Positions 25,567 to 34,454 of a stretch of 58,581 nucleotides of DNA are shown one piece after another. This stretch comes from an uncultured Gemmatimonadota bacterium (GTDB lineage: Bacteria; JAAXHH01). Numbering within the stretch: the stretch's first letter is position 1; every line of letters begins with the position of its first letter. A program made the position numbers and the translations under genes. A model generated the notes under the pieces. That model was not told where the DNA came from. It did no database searches and worked only from the letters and a program-made list of their open reading frames with translations. The DNA is taken from the NCBI GenBank assembly GCA_964655785.1, contig CAZZNP010000003.1:30486-89066 (forward strand). Reading direction: 5' to 3'.

Positions 25567-26685
25567 ATGAAGATAACCCGCATTGAAGCCATCCCCATCG
25601 AAGTGCCGCTCAAGCAGGGCATGACGACCAAGACCGCCCACGGCGAACACATCGTCTCCCCGTACGTCATTCTTCGAATACACACGGACGAGGGACTGAC
25701 CGGACTGGGCGAGGCCACGGTCGCGCCGCGCTGGAGCGGTGAGACGTCCGCCTCCTGCACGGCCGCGATTCACGACCTGGTGGACCCCGCGCTGAAGGGC
25801 GAGAACCCGGCGGACGTGAACCGGCTTTGCGGCGTGATGGACGAGGTCATCAAGCTGAATCCATTCACCAAGGCGGGCGTGGAGATGGCCCTGTGGGACC
25901 TGGCGGGGAAGAGCGCGGGCAAACCGCTCTACCAGCTACTGGGCGGGAAGGTCCGGCAGGAGATTCCCATGAAGATGGTGGTCGGCGCCTTCGACGTTTC
26001 GACTTCCGTCGCTCTGGCGGAGAAGTTCCTGCAGTGGGGCGTGCAGTGCCTCAAGGTTAAAGTAGGACTGGACCCCGAAGAAGACCTGGAGCGCGTCCGC
26101 GCGGTCCGCGCGTTGGCCGGCCCCGGCATCCGCATGAGCATAGACGCGAATTGCGGGTGGCCTCCCGCGGTGGCGCGCCGCATGCTGCGCCTCCTCGAGC
26201 CGCTGGACATCCTGTTCGCGGAGCAACCCTCCGCCCCGCAGTTCGACGACGAAGCGGCCCTGATCCGCACGGGCACGACCATCCCCATCATGGCCGACGA
26301 AAGCGTCTTCACTCCGCACGACGCCATGCAGACGGCGCTGCGCCGCTCGGCGGACATCATCAGCGTCTATCCGGGCAAGAACGGGGGCATCGGCCAGACA
26401 CTGGGCATCTCGCACGTAGCCAGCGCGGCTGGACTGCGGTGCCACATGGGCAGCAACCTCGAACTGGGGATCGCCACGGCGGCCATGCTCCACGTGGCGG
26501 CGAGTGTGGAAGCCATCGACAGCGAGACCTATCCCGGCGACCTCCTGGGTCCGTTGTACCACGAAGGCGACATGATCGAGAAGCCGCTGGAACTCGGACC
26601 GGTCACCGCCCGGGTCCCCGACGGCCCTGGTCTCGGTGTCACCCTGGATGAAGCGCAGGTCGAGCGCTGGAGAGACGCGTCATGA
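25567..26685 (+). CDS. enolase-superfamily enzyme (mandelate racemase/muconate lactonizing family)
   Basis: 372 aa with CLKVKVG (KxK), SIDANCGW, LFAEQP and IMADESV, the metal-ligand series of the MR/MLE family. Confidence 0.85.
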   Translation: MKITRIEAIPIEVPLKQGMTTKTAHGEHIVSPYVILRIHTDEGLTGLGEATVAPRWSGETSASCTAAIHDLVDPALKGENPADVNRLCGVMDEVIKLNPFTKAGVEMALWDLAGKSAGKPLYQLLGGKVRQEIPMKMVVGAFDVSTSVALAEKFLQWGVQCLKVKVGLDPEEDLERVRAVRALAGPGIRMSIDANCGWPPAVARRMLRLLEPLDILFAEQPSAPQFDDEAALIRTGTTIPIMADESVFTPHDAMQTALRRSADIISVYPGKNGGIGQTLGISHVASAAGLRCHMGSNLELGIATAAMLHVAASVEAIDSETYPGDLLGPLYHEGDMIEKPLELGPVTARVPDGPGLGVTLDEAQVERWRDAS

Positions 26686-26760
26686 CCGGATCACGAGGCA
26701 AATTCGTTCCTGAAGTCCGCAATTCCCAAACGCCATCATAGATACAAAGAAAGGACAACC

Positions 26761-27819
26761 ATGGCTGAAAATCGGACTTACAAAGCTTGCGTGGTGGGCC
26801 TGAGCGGCATCGGGGCGGGACGGCCCTACGTCGACGGCGACCACGGTATGGGTCATGTAATGCCCAATTGCCACGTACCGGCCTACGCCCAACTGCCCTT
26901 TACGGAAGTGGCCGGCGTGTGTGACCTGAAAGAAGACCTCGTGCGGGACACCCTGAAGGACTGGTCGGACACCTTTCCGGGTCTGCGCGGGTTTGCGGAC
27001 TACCGTGAAATGCTCGACACCTGCAAGCCCGATATCCTGAGCGTGGTCACGTCGGACCACCGTCACGCGGACATTGTCGTGGACGCGGTCGAGGCGGGCG
27101 TCCGGGGCATATACTGTGAAAAGCCGATCGCGACCTCCCTTGCCGATGCCGACCGCATGATCGCCGCGGTGGAGAGCCGGAACGTACCCATGACCATCAA
27201 CCACACCCGCCGCTGGGGGACGGTATACCGGGAGGTCAGGAAGCTGCTCGATGACGGCGAGATCGGCGAGCTGAAACGCATCGTACTGAACTTCGGCGGT
27301 CCGCGGGCCATTCTTTTCCGCAACGGCACCCACATGATCGACATGACCTGTTATCTCGCGGGATCGCAACCCGCGTGGGTCTTCGCCGAACTCGACGAGG
27401 GCTACGAGGACTACTGGCCCTACCAGGGCGACGGCGGCAGGAACGCGGACCTGGAACCGGGCTGCTCCGGGTTCGTTCACTTCAAGAACGGTGTGCGGGC
27501 CTTCTACAACGGATCCAAGGGAAGGCAGTGCCGGGGCGGCTACCAGCTGGACGGCACCGACGGATGGATATTCGTACACGAGGACTATTACGAGATCGAT
27601 AAGGGAGACGGTATCCAGACCATCGCCCCGAAAGGTTCGACCCACTATTACTCAGCGGCAGCCATCCGGGACCTCGTCCACGTCATGGAGAATGGCGGAG
27701 AGACCATTTCCCCTCCACGCGCGGCCCGCGATACCCTGGAGATCATCCTGGGGTTTCTCGCATCACAGAAGCACGGCAATGTACGCATCGACTTCCCGCT
27801 GGACGAGACTGCCGTTTGA
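26761..27819 (+). CDS. Gfo/Idh/MocA family oxidoreductase
   Basis: 352 aa with YKACVVGLSGIGAG and IYCEKPIA. Confidence 0.85.
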   Translation: MAENRTYKACVVGLSGIGAGRPYVDGDHGMGHVMPNCHVPAYAQLPFTEVAGVCDLKEDLVRDTLKDWSDTFPGLRGFADYREMLDTCKPDILSVVTSDHRHADIVVDAVEAGVRGIYCEKPIATSLADADRMIAAVESRNVPMTINHTRRWGTVYREVRKLLDDGEIGELKRIVLNFGGPRAILFRNGTHMIDMTCYLAGSQPAWVFAELDEGYEDYWPYQGDGGRNADLEPGCSGFVHFKNGVRAFYNGSKGRQCRGGYQLDGTDGWIFVHEDYYEIDKGDGIQTIAPKGSTHYYSAAAIRDLVHVMENGGETISPPRAARDTLEIILGFLASQKHGNVRIDFPLDETAV

Positions 27820-27842
27820 TCGGCCATGTTTGATCGGCCATG
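27815..27842. repeat. tandem duplication, 14 bp x2
   Basis: tttgatcggccatg x2. The first copy contains the TGA (27817-27819) of the Gfo/Idh/MocA gene. Confidence 0.9.
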
Positions 27843-27846
27843 TACG

Positions 27847-27897
27847 ATAACCTGCCATGAGCGATAGCCTGCCATGAGCGATAGCCCACCATGAGCG
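27847..27897. repeat. tandem repeat, 17 bp x3
   Basis: ataacctgccatgagcg atagcctgccatgagcg atagcccaccatgagcg. The third copy carries the hydantoinase-A ATG (27891). Confidence 0.9.
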
Positions 27898-29933
27898 TTC
27901 GCATCGCCATAGACACGGGCGGCACGTTTACCGATCTCGTCCTGTCCGATCCCGACACCGGCCGGCTCGTATTCCACAAAGTGCCGAGTACGCCGGACGA
28001 TCCGAGCCGGGCGCTGGTGGACGGCGTCATGGGCGTCGTCGAAAAGGCCGGCGTGGGGACCGGCGAAATCCTGTTCCTCATTCACGGCACCACGGTGGCC
28101 ACCAATACCATCCTTCAGCGGCGGGGTGCCCGCACGGCCTTCATCACCACCGAGGGGTTCCGCGACGTGCTCCACATCCAGCGGCAGGACCGGCCGCACC
28201 TGTACAACATGCGCATTCGCCGGACGCCGGCCCTCGTGCCCCGGTCGCTGCGGTACGAGTTGCCGGAACGCATCCTGCACGACGGATCGGAAGCGCTTCC
28301 CGTCGACCACGGCCGCCTGGCTGAACTGTCGGCAGCGCTCAGGGAGGACGGTATTGAAGCCGTCGGAGTCGGGTTCCTCCACAGCCATATCGATCCGAGT
28401 CACGAGCAATCGGTCGGCGAAGTGCTGCGTCGGGCGCTGCCGGACACCACGGTCTGCCTCTCTTCCGACATGAGTCGCGAAGAGGGCGAATACGAGCGGT
28501 TCAGCACCTGCGCCATGAACGCCTACGTGCAGCCGGTGATGACCGGATACCTGAAAAGGGTGGACGAGGCCCTTTCTGAGGCGTCTGTTCCAGCGCCGCT
28601 CTTCGTCATGAAATCCAATGGCGGCGTAACCTCGGCCCGGGACGCAGCGGAACACTGCGTGCAAACGATCCTTTCCGGTCCGGCGGGAGGCGTGGTGGCC
28701 GGCGGGGAGATCGGCAGGCGGCTCGATCGGCCGAACGTCATCACCGCGGACATGGGAGGGACCAGTTTCGACGTGGCCATGATTCACGAACGGACCATCG
28801 CCTTCGCAAAGGACGCGGAAATAGACGGCCTCGCCCTGAAAGCCCCCATGATGGACATACACACGATCGGAGCGGGAGGTGGAAGCATCGCGTGGATCGA
28901 CTCGGGCGGCGCGCTGCGCGTGGGGCCGCAGTCCGCCGGGGCCGTGCCGGGTCCCGCCTGCTACGGGACGGGCGGCGCCGAGCCCACCGTAACGGACGCG
29001 AACCTGGTGCTGGGTCGCCTCTCCACGGACAGCCTGCTGGGCGGCGCCATCGCCCTGGACCCTTCGGCGTCGCGAAAGGTGATCGAGGAGCACATCGCCG
29101 CGAATCTGCGATGTACGGTGGAGGAAGCCGCCGAAGGCATTTTACGGGTAATCAACGCCTCCATGACCGCGGCCATCCGCAAGCTCACCGTGGAACGGGG
29201 ATTCGATCCCCGCCTGTTCACGCTGGTACCCTTCGGTGGCGCGGGGCCACTCCATGGCGTAGATCTCGCCCGGGAACTAGGGATAGGCGACGTGGTCATA
29301 CCGCTCGCGCCCGGGGTCGCTTCGGCCGAGGGACTGGTATTTTCGAACCTGCGCTCGGACCGGATCCAGACCCATGTAGCCTTGCTGGATCGCCTGGAAC
29401 AGTCGGAACTCGAGCAGATTCTGGAAGACCTGACAAGCCAGGCGATTGCGGATCTGGCCATCTCGGCAGAAGGGATCGAACCGGGTATCAGCCGCCGTGC
29501 GGGACTTCGATACGCGGGCCAGGGTTACGACATCCCCATAGGTCTGCCGCACGGCCCCTTCGACCTGGCATTCCTCGAGTCCGCCTTTCACACGGAACAC
29601 GAAAGGCAGTACGGATTCGCCCGGCTCGATCAGCGGGTTCAACTCGTCAATGTCTGGGTCGCCGCCGAATTGCCCATATCGGGGGACGGGCGTGTTCCCG
29701 CGGAACAAACCGCGTCGGATATGCCCGAACCACGCACCAGACGGCCCGTCTACCTCTCGGGCAGCTGGCTCGACACGGCCGTTTACGATCGTTCCAGACT
29801 GCGCCCCGGACAGCGGATAGACGGCCCGGCGATCGTCGAACAGCTCGATTCCACGACCCTTGTCGGTACCGGCCAGCAGGCGTGTATCGATGCCTGGGGA
29901 CAGATTGCCATATCCGGACTGGATTCGCCATGA
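27891..29933 (+). CDS. hydantoinase/oxoprolinase family, A (HyuA-like) subunit
   Basis: 680 aa. The N-terminus VRIAIDTGGTFTDLV is the family hallmark, with a second ATPase-fold segment ADMGGTSFDV. Confidence 0.9.
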   Translation: MSVRIAIDTGGTFTDLVLSDPDTGRLVFHKVPSTPDDPSRALVDGVMGVVEKAGVGTGEILFLIHGTTVATNTILQRRGARTAFITTEGFRDVLHIQRQDRPHLYNMRIRRTPALVPRSLRYELPERILHDGSEALPVDHGRLAELSAALREDGIEAVGVGFLHSHIDPSHEQSVGEVLRRALPDTTVCLSSDMSREEGEYERFSTCAMNAYVQPVMTGYLKRVDEALSEASVPAPLFVMKSNGGVTSARDAAEHCVQTILSGPAGGVVAGGEIGRRLDRPNVITADMGGTSFDVAMIHERTIAFAKDAEIDGLALKAPMMDIHTIGAGGGSIAWIDSGGALRVGPQSAGAVPGPACYGTGGAEPTVTDANLVLGRLSTDSLLGGAIALDPSASRKVIEEHIAANLRCTVEEAAEGILRVINASMTAAIRKLTVERGFDPRLFTLVPFGGAGPLHGVDLARELGIGDVVIPLAPGVASAEGLVFSNLRSDRIQTHVALLDRLEQSELEQILEDLTSQAIADLAISAEGIEPGISRRAGLRYAGQGYDIPIGLPHGPFDLAFLESAFHTEHERQYGFARLDQRVQLVNVWVAAELPISGDGRVPAEQTASDMPEPRTRRPVYLSGSWLDTAVYDRSRLRPGQRIDGPAIVEQLDSTTLVGTGQQACIDAWGQIAISGLDSP

Positions 29934-31609
29934 AGACCGATCCTATCACCCTGGAATTGATGCGTAACCGTTGGACGGGCATCGCGGAAGAAATGTGCGC
30001 CGCCCTGATACGCACCAGTTACTCCACCAATATCAAGGACCGCCGGGACTGTTCCGCGGCCATCGTGCAGCCCACGGGAGAGATCCTGGCGCAGGCGGAA
30101 TCGGGCGTCCCCCTTCACTTGGGCGTCATGCCCGGCGTGGTGAAGTCCATTCTGGAAGCCTATCCTGTGTCGTCCATGCGGCCCGGGGACGTCTACATCA
30201 CGAACCTGCCCTATCCGGAAGGACCGGGTCATCTGCCGGATGTTTCCCTGGTTTCCGCCATTTACCATGAAGACCTGCCGGTCGCGCTTGCGGCGTCCAC
30301 CGCCCATCACGTGGACATGGGCGGGTTCGCGCCTGGCAGCATGCCCTTCGGCGTGACCGAGATTTACCAGGAAGGACTCCAGATCCCACCGCTGCCCATT
30401 TTCAAGGGGGGAAGGCTCGACGAGGAGCTCTACAAGCTGATCAACCAGAACGTGCGGACGCAGTACGAAGTGCGGGGCGACCTCATGGCGCAGTTCGCCA
30501 GCGCCCAGATCGGCCAGCAGCGGGTAAGCGAACTCATGTCCCGGGAGTCTCCGGATGAAGTCATGCGATACATGGACGAGATTCAGGACTACGCGGAACG
30601 CCGGATGCGGGCGGGCATAAGCACGCTGCCTGACGGGGAGTATACTTTCGAAGACTACCTGGACGACGACGGCGTTACCGACGAGCCGGTGAGAATCATG
30701 GTCACCCTGACCATCTCGGGGGACGAACTGCGCGCGGATTTCTCCGGTTGCAGCGACCAGGTCCTGGGTCCCCTGAACGCCCGGCTGCCGGCGGCCCATT
30801 CCTGCATAAGCTATGTGTGCAAGGCCGTGATCGATCCGGACCTGCCGGCCTGCGCCGGGGCGTACAGGCCCCTGGACATCTTCGCGCCCGAGGGCTCCAT
30901 CCTGCAGGCCACCTACCCGGCAGCCATCGGCAATGCGAACATCCTGACGGACCAGCGGGTCGTGGACGTGCTCATGGGCGCGCTGTACCAGGCCACCCCG
31001 GACCGGGTGTGCGCCGCCTGCAGCGGGGAAATGAACCTGGTCAACATCGGCGGAATCGATCCCGCCACTGGCGATTACTACAACTACGTGGAGACCTACG
31101 CGGGCGGGCAGGGCGCCATGTTCGACCTCGACGGAGAAGACGGCGTGCACACCCACCTCACCAATACGCGGAACGCGCCGGTCGAAATCATGGAACGGAC
31201 CTACCCGCTGCGTGTGGAGCGTTACGGCCTGATCCCGGACACCGAGGGGCCGGGACGCCAGCGCGGCGGCTGCGGGATGATGCGGGAACTGAAATGCCTG
31301 GGCGAACGGACCATCATCACGCTGGGCTCCGATCGCAGGAAATTCACGCCGTGGGGCCTCGAAGGGGGCGGAAACGCGACAGGCGCCCACTGTTACGTCG
31401 TCGACACCGATGGGTGCGAAAAGGAGATCCCGACCAAGACCCACACCGAGCTACTGAGAAACGAAGTCCTTAGGATCGAGACGCCCGGCGGCGGCGGTTG
31501 GGGAGTCCCGGAGGAGCGGGATGGGGAGAAAGTTGAAGAGGATGTCCGGAACGAACTCGTTAGTCCGGAAAGGGCGGGCGAACACTACGGTTTGGCTCAG
31601 GGCCGGTAA
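29930..31609 (+). CDS. hydantoinase B/oxoprolinase family (HyuB-like) subunit
   Basis: ATG 29930 overlaps the hyuA-like stop (ATGA). The N-terminus MKTDPITLELMRNRWTGIAEEM is family-typical. The upstream part of track ORF 28892.. is out-of-frame overlap with the A subunit. Confidence 0.9.
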   Translation: MKTDPITLELMRNRWTGIAEEMCAALIRTSYSTNIKDRRDCSAAIVQPTGEILAQAESGVPLHLGVMPGVVKSILEAYPVSSMRPGDVYITNLPYPEGPGHLPDVSLVSAIYHEDLPVALAASTAHHVDMGGFAPGSMPFGVTEIYQEGLQIPPLPIFKGGRLDEELYKLINQNVRTQYEVRGDLMAQFASAQIGQQRVSELMSRESPDEVMRYMDEIQDYAERRMRAGISTLPDGEYTFEDYLDDDGVTDEPVRIMVTLTISGDELRADFSGCSDQVLGPLNARLPAAHSCISYVCKAVIDPDLPACAGAYRPLDIFAPEGSILQATYPAAIGNANILTDQRVVDVLMGALYQATPDRVCAACSGEMNLVNIGGIDPATGDYYNYVETYAGGQGAMFDLDGEDGVHTHLTNTRNAPVEIMERTYPLRVERYGLIPDTEGPGRQRGGCGMMRELKCLGERTIITLGSDRRKFTPWGLEGGGNATGAHCYVVDTDGCEKEIPTKTHTELLRNEVLRIETPGGGGWGVPEERDGEKVEEDVRNELVSPERAGEHYGLAQGR

Positions 31610-31671
31610 CCAGAGAACGGATTGGATCTGATCGTCGGTTGGCGATATAGCCTGAATTCGGATACTGGGAC

Positions 31672-33060
31672 ATGAAAAACGGTCGGCATGGCACGAAACC
31701 GAGGCGTATCGCCATTATCGGCGCGGGGGTATCCGGGCTCGGTGCCGCATGGGCGCTGAACCACCATCCCGACCGTTTCGATTTCCGATTGTACGAGGCC
31801 CGGGACCAGTTGGGCGGAAACGCTGTTACGGTCGACATGCCGCAGGCTGACGGCGGTTCCATTCCCTTTGATATATCCGTAACCGCCCTTATCCCTTCGG
31901 TTTATCATCACATCCTGCTGCTGATGCGGCGGTTCGGCATCGAATTGCTCGATACCCGGTTCAACTATAGCGTGAAATACCAGGGGCAGGTATACGCCCA
32001 CGATTTCGACTCCGAAATCAGGCGGCAACTGCAGCCGGAGATCGCCCGCTTTCAACGGCTGCTGAAACGTCTCCACCGGTTCGGCCGGCTCACCCACTCC
32101 CGGTCGAGGCTGGTCAATGCGCTGAATCCCTTCAACTACGTCAGCATGGGTACGTTGCTCAACCTGGGCGGTTTCTCCGGCGACTTCAGGTACAAGATCC
32201 TGAAACCCATGTTCGTCAATTTCCTGATGGCGACGAACGTCTTCGACATGCCGGCGGCGCTTTTCGCGCGGTACCTGGAGTTCTTCGACATCGAATCCGC
32301 GACGCCCATGCAGACCTGGGACCAGGGTACACGCCGAATCTATGAGCACCTGTCGTCAAGATTCCGGGACAGGATCTGCCTCGACAGGCCCGTTCGAAAA
32401 GTTTACCGCCGGTCTACCGGTGTCACGGTCTTGGACGCGGACGGCGTCGAGGAGACCTTTGACGAGGTGATCTTCGCGTGCAATGCGAACCAGACACTCA
32501 TGATGCTCGACCGGCCCACGTTCCTGGAGCGGTACATTCTGTCGTCGGTACGATACGAGAGCGAGCTCCACAATCACACGGTCGTGCATTCGGACGCCTC
32601 CGTCCTGCCGGACGACGAGGCGAAGCCTTTGGAGACGCGGAGTAACTTTATCGAGCAGTACGGCGCCAGGCCGGACAACTACGAGATCACCTACATCATG
32701 CATAACCAGCAGCCATGGGCCCATCGGTCCGACAAGCCCTGCCTGGTGACCTACAACCCGGTCAGTCCGATCGATGAACGGAAGATCGTCCAGAAGTGCT
32801 GGTTCCAGCACATCGTCCACGACGTGCGCCACGTCGCATATCTCGTTCAGTTGTTCCGATTCATCCAGGGCAAGCGGCGGACCTGGCACTGCGGCGCCCA
32901 TACCCTGGTGAACAGCCAGGAAACCTGCTTCGTCACCGGTCTCGCCGCCGCCCGGCAAATCGGCGCGGATTATCCCTTCGACGATCCCGAGGCCAGGCGG
33001 ATGTTCAATTACTACGGGAGGATTCTGCATGGCTGGCGGTTCAGGAAGGCGGAAGGGTGA
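31672..33060 (+). CDS. NAD/FAD-binding oxidoreductase (amine-oxidase-like, COG2907-type)
   Basis: 462 aa with RIAIIGAGVSGLGAAWAL (GxGxxG) and YEARDQLGGN. Confidence 0.75.
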   Translation: MKNGRHGTKPRRIAIIGAGVSGLGAAWALNHHPDRFDFRLYEARDQLGGNAVTVDMPQADGGSIPFDISVTALIPSVYHHILLLMRRFGIELLDTRFNYSVKYQGQVYAHDFDSEIRRQLQPEIARFQRLLKRLHRFGRLTHSRSRLVNALNPFNYVSMGTLLNLGGFSGDFRYKILKPMFVNFLMATNVFDMPAALFARYLEFFDIESATPMQTWDQGTRRIYEHLSSRFRDRICLDRPVRKVYRRSTGVTVLDADGVEETFDEVIFACNANQTLMMLDRPTFLERYILSSVRYESELHNHTVVHSDASVLPDDEAKPLETRSNFIEQYGARPDNYEITYIMHNQQPWAHRSDKPCLVTYNPVSPIDERKIVQKCWFQHIVHDVRHVAYLVQLFRFIQGKRRTWHCGAHTLVNSQETCFVTGLAAARQIGADYPFDDPEARRMFNYYGRILHGWRFRKAEG

Positions 33061-33177
33061 AATATGCACTGTTTCGACTGGAGCGAAACCGTCCTGCCGG
33101 CACAAGCCGGACAACGGAAAGCACGTCCCGCATCAGACGTTTCGAGCCGCGCGTCACGCACTCTTACCAAATCTCTC

Positions 33178-33206
33178 TTGTCGCGTTAACATTTTGTAGT
33201 TATAAT
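33178..33206 (+). promoter_or_regulatory. putative sigma70 promoter of the Rieske oxygenase gene (TTGTCG-17-TATAAT)
   Basis: -35 at 33178-33183 and a consensus -10 at 33201-33206, in an AT-rich patch about 115 nt upstream of ATG 33320. Confidence 0.45.
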
Positions 33207-33319
33207 ACTTACAGCGAGGGTTGCTATAGATTCATCTGAACCGGCGACCCATCCATACCCGGGCGAACACCCTGGCAACGCGGTGGGTCATTAGAGGATT
33301 GAAATTGAACAAATCCGAT

Positions 33320-34381
33320 ATGATCGCAACGCCGGCGGCCGACGCGGATGTCCCGCGCCCCGGCAGTCAAGCCATGGACGGCCTCCCTCCATTTCCGGAA
33401 GGCTGGTACCTGGTAACCACCCGCAATACGCTGCTGAGGTAAAAGCTGATCGAGAAGACGTGGATGGGTGAGGATATCGTCGCCTGGCGCGACGATGAGG
33501 GCCGGGGCTGCGTGGCCGACGCCGTCTGTCCGCACCTGGGTTCCGACCTGGGACCAAAAGTCGGCGGCAAGGTATGCGACGGCCGCCTGATCTGCCCGTT
33601 CCACGGGTTCGAGTTCGATGCGACCGGTCAGTGCGTCGCGACGCCGAACGCGCCGGCGCCGAAAGCCGCCAGACTAACCGTGTACGAAACGCGGGAGATC
33701 TCCGGCATGGTCTTCGCCTGGCACGGGATCGGCGGACGGTCCGCCCACTGGCGCCTGCCGGACGACCCGCCTACCGGCACGGAGTGGGGCGACTTGGGAT
33801 ACCGGACCCTTCGGTTCCGCAGCCATCCCCAGGAGACCGCGGAGAACTCGGTGGACATCGGCCACTTGCGTTACGTGCACGGTTACGACAACGTAAACAC
33901 GGTCGGATCCGTCACGGTGGAAGGCGCCTACCTTAGAAGTTGCTTCGACTTCAGGCGCGTACGAAGGGTCCTGGGTATAAAGGACCTGGTCTACGAAGTT
34001 TCGGCCGTCACGCACATCCAAGGACTGGGGTATTCCTACGTGGAAATCCACGAGAAGACCATCGATATGCACGCCAGGCTCTGGGTCCTGCCTACCCCGG
34101 TCGACGGCGAGTACATCGATCTCGTGCTGGCAAGCCAGTTGCGGGAGATCCGAAAGCCCCGGCGGTTCTTCTCGGACCTGGGCTTCCTGCCGTCGAAGTT
34201 GCGCTGGAGACTGATGAACCAGATCCTGCTTGCACAGCAGAAAAGGGACGTGCTCCAGGACGTGGTGATCTGGGAGCGGAAACGGTTCAGAACGCCGCCA
34301 CGGCTGTGTAAGGCCGATGGCCCCATCGGCCTGTACCGGCGCTATTGCCGGCAGTTCTATCCCGAATCAACCGTGGCTTGA
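33320..34381 (+). pseudogene. Rieske [2Fe-2S] non-heme-iron oxygenase (KshA/Neverland-like) with in-frame TAA at 33440-33442
   Basis: The track ORF starts at 33464, but the same frame upstream reads M(33374)DGLPPFPEGWYLVTTRNTLLR-TAA-KLIEKTWMGEDIVAWRDDEG. That is the normal first strands of a Rieske domain. The Rieske ligands CPHLG...CPFHG and the mononuclear-iron motif ENSVDIGHLRYVH are intact. Confidence 0.65.
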
Positions 34382-34454
34382 CCGATGCGTATTGTGATGA
34401 ATCAAGCAAAGGAATGACGTGCGTCGACCACCCGGCACCGGCCGCTCAAGGCCG

